Shown: positions 41,276 through 52,965 of the stretch, one piece after another | How positions within the stretch are numbered: position 1 is the first letter of the stretch | Layout of the letters: each line of letters opens with the position of its first letter | Virus record (IMG/VR): IMGVR_UViG_3300049255_000202 | Strand: one strand, 5' to 3' | From: an uncultured virus (IMG/VR IMGVR_UViG_3300049255_000202) | Taxonomy: Duplodnaviria; Heunggongvirae; Uroviricota; Caudoviricetes | Length of the DNA: 64,000 bases | Program-made: the position numbers and the translations under genes | Notes under the pieces: model-generated | Seen by the model: the letters and a program-made list of their open reading frames with translations, nothing else | Told to the model about the DNA's origin: nothing | Database searches by the model: none

Positions 41276-41645
41276 ACAAATAGGAGTACACCGTCCGGCC
41301 TGGTGTAGCTTGTCCACGTGGACGAAGCCCAAGCCGTGGAGAAGATCCGAGCGTTCCTCGAAGACAAACCTCAATGGGAACGTGCGCGTGCAGCCGGGGA
41401 GAGGCTCGCCAAGGCCCAGGACCAGCTCAACGAGTCCTTCGAGATCCTCGAAGACGCCCTCTACGGACGTCGGGCGATTCCCGTATCGGTCCCGATGCCG
41501 GACGGTGAGGCCCTCGTGTGGGACGGTGAGTACCTCTTCGTCCACTGTGGCGCAAGGATGAACTCGTGCGCACGAAGCTCCTGAACGCGAGCCGGCAGCG
41601 GCGACTGATCGCCGCTGACCTCGTCCCGGCGCTCTTGGCGAAGCT

Positions 41646-42821
41646 CTAGCCCTCTTCGGGGAGAAGCTCGTCGCGGAAGTGGTTGCGCGGGCGCTCCGGG
41701 GCCTTGGGCGGCGGGTTCCAGCCGTAGTGGCGGGCCGCGTAGTAGACCTGCGCGAGCGACACCTTCTTGTTGGCCGAGATGTTCTTGCCCGTGAGACGCT
41801 TGAGGATGGCGGTCGCGTGCGCGGGCTCCAGCTCGTTGACGCTGAGGTACGAGCAGAGGCGGCCGGCGCGGCGAGTCGCCGGGTCCATGTCGAGCTTCGA
41901 GGCGTTCGTCGTCGCGAGGATGCGCGCGTCGATGACACCGCCGAGGATGCCGTCCCCGAGGTTGAGGAGCGAGCTGATCGCCGCCATGTCCCCGGCCTCG
42001 CGGTTGACGAGCACCTTGTCCGCGTCTTCGAGGACGAGAACGATAGGGCCGTCCGAACCGTAGTTCTTCGCGGAGACGAGGGCCGGGACGAGTTCGGGCG
42101 ACCCGAGGTCCTTCACGAGGTGGGGCGGGACGACGACGAAGGCCGCGTTCGGGACGTCCGCCAGGAGGGCGCGGGCGATGAACGTCTTGCCGCCGCCGGG
42201 GATGCCCGACATGATGACGAGCCGTCCGCACGGACTCTCGGCCTTGAGGTCCGCGACGACGTGATCGTACTGCTTGAGGACGTCCGGCGTGTAGTTGCCA
42301 CGCTCGAGCGATGTGCCCGCCGCTCCGATACGAGAGAGGCTGTAGCCGCCCATCCCCGCCGTGAGGGCGAAGACGTAGCCCTTCTTCGGGTCGTCCGGCT
42401 GGAGGATGCCGCGGGCGAGCTTCGCCAGCGTCGTGATGCGGTCCTCCTTGACCGTGGCGACCTGGAGGAACGCCCTCGGAGCCTCGGGGTTCTCGATGTC
42501 GAGCGACATGAGCGTGTCGGTCGAGCCGAGGATCGTCGTCTGCCCGTGGCTCCCGTGAACGTACCGGACCGGCTTCACGCCGTAGGCGTTCACGAGGTGG
42601 CGCATGAGCCTCTCGGGACGGACGACGAGGTTGCCGCCCCAGTTGCCCGAGTGAAGCGGAGGACCGCCGGCAAGTGCCTTGCGGAACATCGAGGCGCCGA
42701 TCCACGAATCGAGGTCGAAACGAACGCCCGCTCCCAAGTTGGGAACCTTCGCGTCCTCCCACCACGAAACCTGCCCCGCCTCCGCCGCCTTCCACAGCTT
42801 GGAACGATGGTCGATGCTCAC
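41646..42821 (-). CDS. AAA+ ATPase (single classical AAA domain)
   Basis: Walker A GIPGGGKT, Walker B LVLEDAD, LLNLGDG, ATTN, DPATRRAGR (Arg finger). Confidence 0.9.
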   Translation of the reverse strand: MSIDHRSKLWKAAEAGQVSWWEDAKVPNLGAGVRFDLDSWIGASMFRKALAGGPPLHSGNWGGNLVVRPERLMRHLVNAYGVKPVRYVHGSHGQTTILGSTDTLMSLDIENPEAPRAFLQVATVKEDRITTLAKLARGILQPDDPKKGYVFALTAGMGGYSLSRIGAAGTSLERGNYTPDVLKQYDHVVADLKAESPCGRLVIMSGIPGGGKTFIARALLADVPNAAFVVVPPHLVKDLGSPELVPALVSAKNYGSDGPIVLVLEDADKVLVNREAGDMAAISSLLNLGDGILGGVIDARILATTNASKLDMDPATRRAGRLCSYLSVNELEPAHATAILKRLTGKNISANKKVSLAQVYYAARHYGWNPPPKAPERPRNHFRDELLPEEG

Positions 42822-42900
42822 GCCTGAGGCGGCTCTATCGAAGGACTAGGCGGGGCCGCAGTCAATTCCTGGGGTTGACAACAGAGGCATGTAGTATAGA

Positions 42901-43526
42901 ATGGGTATTACCCGTAAGAAGCTGTCAACCTGGGCCGAGGAGAAGGGCGTCCACTACCGGACGGCGCTTTCCTGGGTACGCGACGGGCTGATGCCGTTGC
43001 CGGTCGAGAGGACACCGGGCGGACATATTCGCGTGATCGAAGGCGAAAAGACCACCACGCGCACTGTGCTCTATGCCCGGGTGTCCTCCTCCGATCAGAA
43101 GGCGGATCTTGAACGGCAAGTTGACCGTCTCCGCATCTTCGCGGCGGCCAAGGGCTACGAGGGCGTCGAGGTCGTGTCCGAGATTGGCTCTGGCTTGAAT
43201 GGACATCGACGGCGACTCCTCGCTCTGCTGTCGGACACGGCGGTCGGACGGATCGTCGTAGAGCATCGAGACCGGCTTGCCCGCTTCGGTGTCGAGTACA
43301 TCGAGGCCGCTCTGGTGGCGCAAGGTCGCGAGGTCGTCGTGGTTGAAAGTGGAGAACACAAGCTCGATCTCGTACAGGACTTCGTGGATGTCGTGACCTG
43401 CTTGAAGTACGAGCGCATGTGGGCCAAGCGGGCGCTTGCCGCAGCCGCCGAGGATGAGCCGTGAGGCTCGCCCGCAAGGTCGAGATCCAGCCGACGCCGA
43501 CGCAGCGGCAGGCACTCTTACAGCAC
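42901..43526 (+). mobile_element. tnpA: IS607-family element: tnpA serine transposase plus 5' stub of tnpB
   Basis: MerR-like HTH, LYARVSS, EIGSG, HRDRLARFG; tnpB start VRLARKVEIQPTPTQRQALLQH then truncated; TTGACA...TAGAAT-like promoter upstream. Confidence 0.9.
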
Positions 43527-43633
43527 GTAAGGACTTCCCGTTCGCCCTGAGCGTCGAGCCCGCGCGCATCGGCGCCGAGGTCGGCAAGTGGATCAAGACC
43601 CTGGAGCCCATCGCCCCGCCCGAGTCGTGAACG

Positions 43634-44053
43634 TTAATTACGCGCGACCGACTGGCTCTTGACCCAGGTCGCGACGCCTTCGCGGGCGTTCGGGACGTTC
43701 GAGAAGTACGCGGACGAGGCTCCGCCCTCTCCGTTCTCGAAGAGGAAGAGGGCCATGTGGGCACGGTCCGCAATCATCTTGCCGATCTCGGCGCACTTGC
43801 GCTCCAAGCCGAGCCGCTCATCCACCTCATCGCTCGTTTCGGTGCGGCCGGGCGCCTTCACGAGGCTGCGGCCGGTGAGGTAAAGCCACTCGGTCAGCCC
43901 CGCGATAATGTCTTTGCGGGGGCAGTTCGAGACGTAGTGCCATGCGTTGTGGGCCTGGACGAAGAGGGCAAAGCCCACGTCAGGGCCCGCGGCATCCTCG
44001 ACGAGCTGACACAGTTCTTCGAGCTTCTCACGAACGGCGGCCGGATCGCTCAC
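43634..44053 (-). CDS. Hypothetical protein with internal duplication
   Basis: GTG 10 nt from CGGTGTA; FALFV...YVSN and MALFL...YFSN repeat. Confidence 0.6.
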   Translation of the reverse strand: MSDPAAVREKLEELCQLVEDAAGPDVGFALFVQAHNAWHYVSNCPRKDIIAGLTEWLYLTGRSLVKAPGRTETSDEVDERLGLERKCAEIGKMIADRAHMALFLFENGEGGASSAYFSNVPNAREGVATWVKSQSVARN

Positions 44054-44457
44054 GGGCCTAATCTACACCGTCACGATCACCTTCGGCAGCCGATCCGTAG
44101 CCGGGAGCCGGATCATGGGGTTCGTCGGCTCGTCATCGTCGAGCAAGTCGTCCTCCATGATCGGGATCTCTTCGCTGCGCCACCCCTCGGTGACGATCTC
44201 CTCGACCCGGTGGCTGATGGGGTCGTAGAGACGCGGCGGCGGGGTCGAGATTCGGCGAAGTTCCTCTTTCAGGAAGTTCACGTCTTTCTCGAGCGCCTTG
44301 TGCGACGTCTTCTTCGATCCGTACCAGAGCGCTGCCGCTCCGAGCCAGAGCACGACGGAGCCCATGTAGAAAGCCACTTGGGACGGGGCCATAACTTCAC
44401 CTCGCCTTGGGGACGCTCTAGCGATTCGAGAACAAGAAGATTTATGCGCCCGCTTGG

Positions 44458-44955
44458 GTGATGCGAGAGTTCACACAATCGAACACGGACCCCGGCAACT
44501 GCTGGCAGACCGCCGTCGCGTGCATCCTCGAAGAGGACCCCGCCCGACTCCCCGACCAGGTAGACCTCGAAGCCCGAGGCAAGAACTACCACAACGCCCT
44601 CAACGCTTACCTCGAAGTCCACCACGGTCTCATCTACGCGGAGGTCGAGGACTTCGTGTGGTGCGGGATCTGGGCGCGCGATCCTGGGTGGCACGTGATG
44701 ATCGGCCCCACGGTGCGGACGTGCGAGCCGAAGAACATCCACCACGTCATCGTCGCCCGGCACGGGGCGCCCATGTGGGACCCGCATCCGAGCCGCGCGG
44801 GCCTGCTCGAAATTCGACGGTGGGGTCTACTCAACCCGCTCCCCGAGCGCATCCGGCTATGGCGCCGGGAGGTCTCCGCGAAAAGCCCGAGCGCATGGGA
44901 GTTCGGCTGCGTGTGCCCCGAGTGCGCTAAGCCAGCAAGTCCCCCAACCACATGA
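44458..44955 (+). CDS. Hypothetical phage protein (possible thiol-protease-like fold)
   Basis: GNCWQTAVACIL ... HHVIV ... WDPHPS pattern. Confidence 0.5.
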   Translation: MMREFTQSNTDPGNCWQTAVACILEEDPARLPDQVDLEARGKNYHNALNAYLEVHHGLIYAEVEDFVWCGIWARDPGWHVMIGPTVRTCEPKNIHHVIVARHGAPMWDPHPSRAGLLEIRRWGLLNPLPERIRLWRREVSAKSPSAWEFGCVCPECAKPASPPTT

Positions 44956-45258
44956 GGAACGCACCGAGGACTGCCCCGGTGAGCTTCAAGGCCCACAGGA
45001 CGAAGTCGAACAGCAACTCCGCGGACGCCTCGGCGGACATGCGCGCCCTCCTACTGGTGTAGGAATAGACCAGATGAAAACCGGCGTTTACGCGAACCGG
45101 ATCATCCTCGGGCCTGGAGAGGAGCGTCCCGAACCCGGTTCGCAGGTTCGCATTGTCGTGGGCGACCTTGCCCTCTGCCCGCGTCACCCGAGCGAGCCCG
45201 CCGCGTGTAGAGCCCGCAAGGTTTCGTGGACGCTCCTCGGCTGCGTCCCGATGGTCTT

Positions 45259-45669
45259 CTCCTCCAGATTCCGCGCGAGGTCATGGAGGAGCAGGCCGTT
45301 GCGAAGGGTGACGTCGTGTTCTTCGAGCTGGCCTATCTCGTGTGCGAGATCGCGACACCAAAGAAGCTGACCGCCCAAGTCAGGCTCACGAACTTCGTCA
45401 TCCCGAACACCGACCTCATCCCGGAGGACGTGCGGGCCAAGGTGAAGAAGTGGTCGGACTACATCGACTACTGGGCGGTCGACTGGGACTTCCAGAACGA
45501 CACGTTCATGCAAGGCTGGGTGAGCTACCGCACGCGGCAAGACCGCTCCCTCGCTCTCCTTTCGGAACCGCATGTGTATCCAAAGGCTGGTGCTCACCGC
45601 GTGCTGGTGAAGGTCGTCGACATCTTCGGGAATGACACGTCGCAGGCGTTCGACGTGGGGGTGCGCTAG
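45259..45669 (+). pseudogene. 3' fragment of type III RM Mod-like methyltransferase
   Basis: DYIDYWAVDWDF...VKVVDIFGND C-terminal signature; N-terminus absent. Confidence 0.75.
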
Positions 45670-45671
45670 TC

Positions 45672-46830
45672 ATGGCGAAAAGCGTAATCGTTTACGACAA
45701 GGAGCTGCCGGAGATCCCGAGCCGCCAGGCGTGGCTTAAGCCGGACTGCTTCCTCTTGAAAGACAAGGCCAGCCCCGACGGGTGGCGCATAGACACCTCG
45801 GGCCGTCGCCCGAGCCGGCTCCTCTTGATCGAGAGGCTGCGAGTGGCGGTGGACCGGTGGCGTGACGAGGGGTACCCCGGCGCATCGGACGTGAGCCGTC
45901 GACTCTTCGAGTACTGGTTCGAGGAAGAGCACGAGGTGACACTCGTCTATCTCGTCGAGGTGGCGGGCATCTCGGACGTGAAGCCCCTGATCGACTCGTT
46001 CGCGAAGGTGTACCAGAAGGACCTGCTGTCGAAGAACATCGAGTTCTTGACCCGCCTGGAGAACGGGAAGGCAATCCGCCAGCTTCGCCGCTACGTGGCG
46101 GAACTGGATCGTGACGGGATTCAGGATCTGCCTCCCGAGCAGGTACTTGTGGATCGCATCCGCGAAGACGTTCTTCTCCGCCATGATGAAGAGGACAGGC
46201 TTCGTCCCGAGCTTCGTCCTGGTCCTTCGGCGTCGCCGAGAAGTCCAGCCAGAGGCGTAGGCCACGTGGGAGGCTGCGGTGGATGCTCAGCAGCGTGCGC
46301 GACCACGCAAGCTCCTCATCATGCACGTGGTGGGCCTCGTCGTTGAGCACGACGAGATCGTTCAACCCCTTCAACCGGTCCAGCATGGTGGGCTGGCTCG
46401 CCGAAACGTCCTTCGCAGGCTTCCGACCAAGCAGGGCGTCGACGGCGTTCTCGGGTGTCCATCCACCTTCCCGAGGCTCTTGGATCTGATCGATGTTCGT
46501 GATGAACACGTTCCCGCTAGGATCGGGCTCGACCCCCTCGCCGCGTAGAATCACCTTCGGCGTCCACGGCCTCCACTCGGGCGGTACCAGTGGGATCTCA
46601 TTGAAAAGCCGGTTCCCGCCGAAGTCTTTCTCCAGGCGCTGATAGACGATGATACCAGGGGCGACGAGCAGGAAATTCGTCGACAGAGTTGAGCCAGGCA
46701 CTCGCTTCTTGTGAAAGAACGACCAGACGATGGCCATCGCCATCACCCAGGTCTTTCCGGACCCGGTCGCCATCTTCAGCGCGTACCGAGACACTCCCTC
46801 GACACGAAGGAATTTCGGCTGAAGGGAGCC
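45672..46830. pseudogene. Scrambled type III RM Res-like helicase gene
   Basis: N-terminus on + (LRVAVDRWRDEGYPGAS..S.RLFEYWF); helicase motifs on - (KMATGSGKT, VLNDEAHH, DFSATP). Confidence 0.8.
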
Positions 46831-48926
46831 GAGGTCCTCAAGATCCATACGGACTCGAACGGGGAGGTAACCAAGTCGGACCTCAAGGCGGCACGGGAGG
46901 CACGCGAGACGCCGGGCAGCCGGCGATCGTGGCGGTCCCCATGCCGTTCCAGTTCCCGACCGATGGCGCCGACTACGAGATCGAGCGCGCCGCGGCCAAC
47001 GCCAAGAGCTACACGAAGAGCTACGCCGAGACGCACTGGCCGCCCGTTCACGAAGGGCTAAGAGCAGGGGTGCTCCTCGAACCGCGACTACGAGGAGTTG
47101 AAGGCCGAGAACGCCCGCCTCAAGGAGCGCTCCGGTACGCGAGCGGAGGCAACGGGGTGATGCCGCTCATCCCAGGCTTCCGCATGCACCCGTTCTACGG
47201 GGGATGATCGATGCTCACGCGCGACGAGATCTTGTTCCTGCTCAACCTCCTCGCCCAGGAGACGGTGGTCGAGCCCTCCAAGGGGTTCCCGTACCGCGTG
47301 ACCCGCGAGGGCCACGGCTACTCCAAGGACCCCAAAGTCGGCCCGCTCCAGGCCAAGCTCTCCATCATGCTGGAAGCGGCGGGTCGTCGCTGATGGGGCT
47401 CGACACCACGCACGACTGCTGGCACGGGGCGTACTCCGCGTTCATGCGGTGGCGCCGCAAGCTCGCGGAGGTTGCGGGCTATCCGCCGCTCGACCACACG
47501 CGAGCGTTAGTGGCAATCGCCGTCAAACAGCGGCGATTGCCATAAGAATCCTTCCCGAGGTGGAAAGATTCTTCTCCTAGCTCGACCTCTTGCGCGCTCG
47601 GCCGATGAACAGGTCGAACAACGGCCGGTGCTCGCGGCACAGGGCGAGGAAGCCCTCGTCGTAAGCCTCAAAAAGGGCGAGTCAATCACGCTGGAGTACA
47701 ACAACGGGTGGCAAGTCATCGACCGCAAGCCGGACGCGGATTCGGTGCCCCGACGAACGTCCTGTAGATTCCTCGGCCATGCCCCCGCCCGATCCCGTTC
47801 GGAGGTCAGGAGATCAACGCCATCATCTACGCCGGCAAGGGTCCGCAGCTCCGGTACATCCTCTCGGAGAAGCAGCGGGCTTACGCAGAGGCCAAGATGC
47901 TCGTGCTTCTCCAGGTGGCATACGAAACCTTCTGCCAGGAGAGAGAAATTTCCTGGGGTCGCGTGTGCCGCATCGTCGAGGAGTTGGAGCTTGCGGCGTA
48001 GGTCACTCCTCGTCCGCGAGGAGCCTTTGCCAAGATTCGCGGGGTTGCCTGAGGATCGCCCTCGGATTTCGGGCCCGGGACCGAAGTTTGTCGGGCCTGG
48101 AACTCGTTCAAGATGCTCGCGAAGCGCAAGAATCAAGAGCGGTATCGGTGCGTCGTGGACTTCCTCTTCTGCACCTAAGCTCTCGAGCATCAACCCTCAA
48201 GACGAGTATCGGAAACGCGATATTTCTATCGCAATCTCGATAAACCCTCGTCGAAGGGCTGGGTCGCGTCCTCGATGGCTGAGGTTCACGACGAACGGCT
48301 CGTGCGTCACCGGAGCCGTCACCATGCCCGGCGGGATCTCCCCAGGCGGATGATGTGCGCAACCTGCGCACGCAAGGAACACGAACCCCATCGCGGCGAG
48401 CCCGAGGTGCTGCATCGGACGCCCTCCACCCCAAGGCGTTTCAGGCAAGAACTAACGAGCCCGTCAAGGGCTCGTCCTCCTCGACTGCACCGTGCGCCTG
48501 CCGGTCGCCGAGCTGAAGAAACTCACGGTTGACGAAGTTGCCGAGACCCTCCGGCTGACGCTCGCGCTCTGTCCTTCGCACGGGGAGCGGTTCGTCGAAG
48601 CCGTGCTCATGGATCTCCAGTCGTGGCCGCAGTTCGGCGAGATGCTCGACAAGAACGCCTGGCTCGCGAAGCTCTACGGCTGACGGTGGAGGCGCTCTAC
48701 TTCTGCGGCCGGTGCTCGGCCGTCACGCACGACGCCGAGTACGTGGGCCACGCCCGGTGCTCGGCAGGCAGCCGTTTTTCGCTCGCGCTCCGGAGGGCAG
48801 AACCCTATGTTCCGCGTGCCGGGGCCGCCGGTGCGCCCGATGCCAGGGATGGGGTCTCGAGCCAGCCGCCAGAGGAATCGCCGAGGACCATTGTGCCGCG
48901 GGCTATAAACGGTGTATGAATGGGGT

Positions 48927-49244
48927 ATGGCACGGAAGACAAGATCAAATCGCCGGAAGTATCTCATCCTCGGTCGCGACGTGAGGCGCATCACGGGCCT
49001 CAAGTGGACCACCATCCAGTGGTGGATCTGGCGCTCGGGTTTCAAGTGGGACAAGACGGGCAAGGTGAAGAAGGGCATCGTCCGCAAGGGCCGCCTGATG
49101 CCGAAGAAGGGCAAGCGCTACTCCCAGGAAGCGATCTGGGACGTCAACGACTTCCTCCGGTACCACCCGACCGTGTTCCGCAAGCTCGCGACCCAGAACG
49201 CCTGGACGCGGCTTCACTACGACCTCAACGACTTCGAGGACTGA
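48927..49244 (+). CDS. Basic hypothetical protein ending NAWTRLHYDLNDFED*
   Basis: ATG 10 nt after CGGTGTA (48910-48916). Confidence 0.65.
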   Translation: MARKTRSNRRKYLILGRDVRRITGLKWTTIQWWIWRSGFKWDKTGKVKKGIVRKGRLMPKKGKRYSQEAIWDVNDFLRYHPTVFRKLATQNAWTRLHYDLNDFED

Positions 49245-49336
49245 CGGCTTCGGGCTCCCGGTGTACTCTCACCGTGTGAGCCCGAAGCGTTACGAGCGCC
49301 TCGTCGACCGCCGAGCCACATCATGCGCGGGGGCAA

Positions 49337-49521
49337 AAGCTCGATCTCGTACAGGACTTCGTGGATGTCGTGAACAGCATGTGTGCGAGGATCTACGGGC
49401 AGCGTGCCGCGAAGAACCGGGCCAAGCGGGCGCTTGCCGCAGCCGCCGAGGATGAGCCGTGAGGCTCGCCCGCAAGGTCGAGATCCAGCCGACGCCGACG
49501 CAGCGGCAGGCACTCTTACAG
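49337..49521 (+). mobile_element. Second IS607 fragment (tnpA 3' end / tnpB 5' end)
   Basis: Near-identical to 43361-43523; retains the canonical SMCARIYGQR that is replaced in the other copy. Confidence 0.9.
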
Positions 49522-49727
49522 AGCGGTACACCGAGGAAGCATTTGTCGCCCCGCACAGGGTGCCATGCAGTTCCGCGCCGTTCAGGGGCTCACGATCGCC
49601 ACCATCCTCGGCTGGTGGGCCGTCCGAGCCCTCACCCACCCCGGCTTCCACCCGATGATGCTCGTCATGGCGGCGCTCGCGCTCGGGATCTCCGAGCTGA
49701 GCTACCGCGCCGGCAAGGCCAAGGGGA

Positions 49728-50123
49728 CTAGCTCTTGGGCGCGTCGAGAACCTTGATCTCGACCTTGCGCGGCTTGGCAGCCTCCCGCTTCGGGATGCGC
49801 ACGGTGAGGATGCCGTCCGCGAGTTCGGCGGTGAGCTTCTCCTCGTCGAGCGTCGTGTCGAGCGTGAACGCCTCCGCGAACGAGCGAGCGGAACGGACGC
49901 CGTTTCCCTTGCGCGTCCCCTTGAGGGTGAGCACGTGGTTCTCGAGCGTGATGTCGATGTCCTCTCGCTTCATGCCGGGGACTTCCGCGACGAACACGAC
50001 GTCTTCCACGGTCTGGTGAACCTCGACGTTGCGGAACGGCCTCGAGAGGCCGAACGAACTTCCCAGCATGTCGTCGAAGAGGCGATCCATGACGGTGAAC
50101 GTGTCTTGACGGCGGCTCAGCAT
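49728..50123 (-). CDS. Small heat-shock protein (Hsp20/alpha-crystallin)
   Basis: AEVPGMKREDIDITLENHVLTLKG...AELADGILTVRIPK. Confidence 0.92.
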   Translation of the reverse strand: MLSRRQDTFTVMDRLFDDMLGSSFGLSRPFRNVEVHQTVEDVVFVAEVPGMKREDIDITLENHVLTLKGTRKGNGVRSARSFAEAFTLDTTLDEEKLTAELADGILTVRIPKREAAKPRKVEIKVLDAPKS

Positions 50124-50164
50124 GCGCCGAACCTAAATCTCCGATCGTGACCGTCAAGAGCGCG

Positions 50165-50545
50165 CTAGTTGAGGAGCGCGTCCTCGCCACCGCCACTCTG
50201 GATGAGCTTCACGGGTCCGTGGCCGATCATGTTGGCGAACGGCACGGCGTCGACGACGGGGTGAAAGACGATGTGGAGGCAAACCTCCTGCTCTTGGAAC
50301 TTCCCCACGATGTCGAGACCGTCTACGTCGACCATGGAGTCGTCCGCGACCTCCTCGAAGATGTCGAGGAGGTCGGAGTAGCGGATCGTCAGCCCGTCAA
50401 GCCACACCTCCCCATCGAGAACCGTGGACTTGGGGTACACGAGGATGTGCCACGCCTCGTCGTCCACGAGGGCGAACTCGACGACCCCTTTCGTCGGTTC
50501 CAGACACGCGGCGACCTTGGTCAGGAAGGGGATGTAGTCCATCAT
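50165..50545 (-). CDS. Acidic hypothetical protein
   Basis: AGGAG SD; protein-like composition. Confidence 0.6.
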   Translation of the reverse strand: MMDYIPFLTKVAACLEPTKGVVEFALVDDEAWHILVYPKSTVLDGEVWLDGLTIRYSDLLDIFEEVADDSMVDVDGLDIVGKFQEQEVCLHIVFHPVVDAVPFANMIGHGPVKLIQSGGGEDALLN

Positions 50546-51162
50546 CGGGCTTCTCCTAGTCGTTGGCCTTTTCGCCGGAGATGTTCACGGGGTGCATGTG
50601 CGAGCGGAGAACGTCCAACTTTCGATCATGCCACCACCCGAGGACGAACGCGATGGGTACCGTGAAGGCGACGGCCACCCATCCGGCCGCCCCCAAGCTC
50701 GAAGCGAAGCTCCGCGAGGCCGAGGAGATTTTCCGGCGCGACACGTACAACCGGGACAAGCCGAAGCGCTCGGAACTCGCGTGGGCGAAAAGATCCCCGG
50801 CGTACAAGCTCGGCGACCGAGTGCTCGCGTACAAGGACGACGAGCCGGGCACGATCCTATGCGCGGACACGCGCACCCCGGCCACTGGTTCGTCCTCATG
50901 GACAAGCCGACCGGAATGACCCGGCGCGATTTCGAGTCGATCGCGTGGGACAACCTCGTGAGGGAGACATGACGAACGAAGACCGCGCGACCAAGTACGC
51001 CGCCGACATCAAGACGGCGCTCAGGAAGTTCGGCGAGTACAACTTCTTCGACAAAGGACCACGCGAGGTCATGAGCCGGCTGGACGCCGACCTGAAGGTC
51101 CTCGTCGTCACGTCGAGTCACGACTGGACGAAGATGCGCGCGGAGAACCTCGGAGGTGCCCT

Positions 51163-51558
51163 ATGAAGCTCGGCCTCATTTTCTCGGGGCTCGTCCTCAT
51201 CGGGTGCGCCCACTCGACCCCGCCGCCGGAGGCCAAGGAGCCGGAGCGTCCGCACGCCCTCCATGTCCCGGCCGAGCAGAAGGCCCAGATGTGTACGAGC
51301 CTCATCGAGGCTGGGATCAACCTCTTCGCGGACGCTTGGGCCAACCAGGAGGCGATCCCGAAGGACAAGTTCGTCCGCGACATCATCCGCGAGCAGTATC
51401 GAGAGCAGCTCTTCAAGCAAGGCGGCCCTCAGCGGCAGTACGCATGGTGCCTCGCGAAGGTCACGGCCCTCGAAGATTTCGAGTGCGCCCTGGCCGCGAA
51501 GTCCCCCGAGGACTACATGCGATGCCTCCCCGCGAGGCACAAGAGCGACACGGAGTGA
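51163..51558 (+). CDS. Putative lipoprotein
   Basis: MKLGLIFSGLVLIG-C lipobox; GGAGG SD; spaced Cys. Confidence 0.7.
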   Translation: MKLGLIFSGLVLIGCAHSTPPPEAKEPERPHALHVPAEQKAQMCTSLIEAGINLFADAWANQEAIPKDKFVRDIIREQYREQLFKQGGPQRQYAWCLAKVTALEDFECALAAKSPEDYMRCLPARHKSDTE

Positions 51559-52965
51559 TCGGGGAGGCCCATGTCGCGTCGAGCGCACTTCCGGCTCCGC
51601 GTCATCGGCCTCGTCGTCATCCTCGCGGCCGAGTTCGGCCCTCGAGCGTGGAGCGCCCTCACCACGGCGTGCGGACCGTCACCTGGATGGTCAGGCCAAC
51701 CTCGCCTGGGTCAGCCGCAGGGCGCACCCCTACGTGAAGGTCGGGCGTCTCCACAAGGCGCCACGCCTGCGGGTCCGGTGGCTCGGGCGGAGTGATCCTC
51801 CACATGAGAGCCCAAACTGCTGCTCGCACGATGGGGAGGATGGTCACGCCTACTTCCCCGCGGGAAAAGTAGGCGGTTGAAGATCACGTCGGCGGCGCGT
51901 GCCCAGCGCACAAGACGACTACGATGTAGCGAGTGCGATGCCACACAGCCCCACGCTTCGCACACTGGCGCCCGTCACCCAGTTGAAGTTCGCAACGAAA
52001 CCGTGACGGGTGGTCGTTTTGAGGGTGTTTTGAGAGTCTTCTTGGTTCTCCTCATGGGGGCGCTTAGACATGGGGCGGTTGCTCTCTGCGATGCAGTTGG
52101 TCGTTTTGGGAGTCGTTCTCTCGGCCGGATGTGGCGGCCGGGTTCTCCAGGCCGAGTGCCAGGACCCCGGCTATCACTACTGCGGCTCCGTGCAGGACGT
52201 GTGTTGCCCTGGCGGGTGGTCTTGCGGGACCGGCGACAACGGGTGCCCGGCGAAGTCATGCTGCCCCGGTGATGGCCCGCCGGAAGCGGGCACCGACGCC
52301 GAGGACAACCCGGCCGGGGTACGACCCTTCGTACAACCCGAACCCTGGCGGGTACGGCGGGGGCACGACGCCGAAGCAGCCGCCGGTACGCGAATAGCTA
52401 CGCACCCGGCCGGTCCGGATGCGCGCTTAACCCTAGCCCGCCGAGCAGCGCGGCTAGCCGTGCCTCAATGGAGGCTCGGTCTCCCGAAAGCTGCCCGGCG
52501 GGCTTTCTTATCGTCTCGTGAATGACCCTGCCCTGGGCGTCGAGCACCGGCTTGGCCTTCGCGTTGGGGCTGTAGAGCGTCTTGCACGCTGGGCATCGGC
52601 CGGTCGCCATGTCCGAGCTTTTGGCGCCGCAGTTCGTGCAGGTGAACTCCCGCTTCGTGACGACGTGCGTCCACTCGGGGGAGAGAAGCCGGGCGAGCGT
52701 GAGAGCAGCCATGGCCGTTGCCCGGCGCTCGGGATCGGGGAGGCTAGGCTCCGGGCCGGAGGCGGGACCCCGGCAGTGGGCCCCGCGATGAACGGGCCAC
52801 GTGGGGTGCCGAGGAGGGCACACGGGGTGCCGTGGCAGATCAAGCAGGTCTCGCTCAGAGAAGCGAGGCCCGATGTGTCGGCCACGAGCCGGTCGAGCCG
52901 TTCCGCAAGCTCCGCGTAGTCGATGGGCTCCGGCATGGCGTTCCCCATAACAGGAGAGTACACCG

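Noticed and set aside
43361..49521. Diversity-generating retroelement TR/VR pair
   Set aside because: The repeat is IS607 sequence, the differences are a block replacement rather than adenine-specific changes, and no reverse transcriptase is present.
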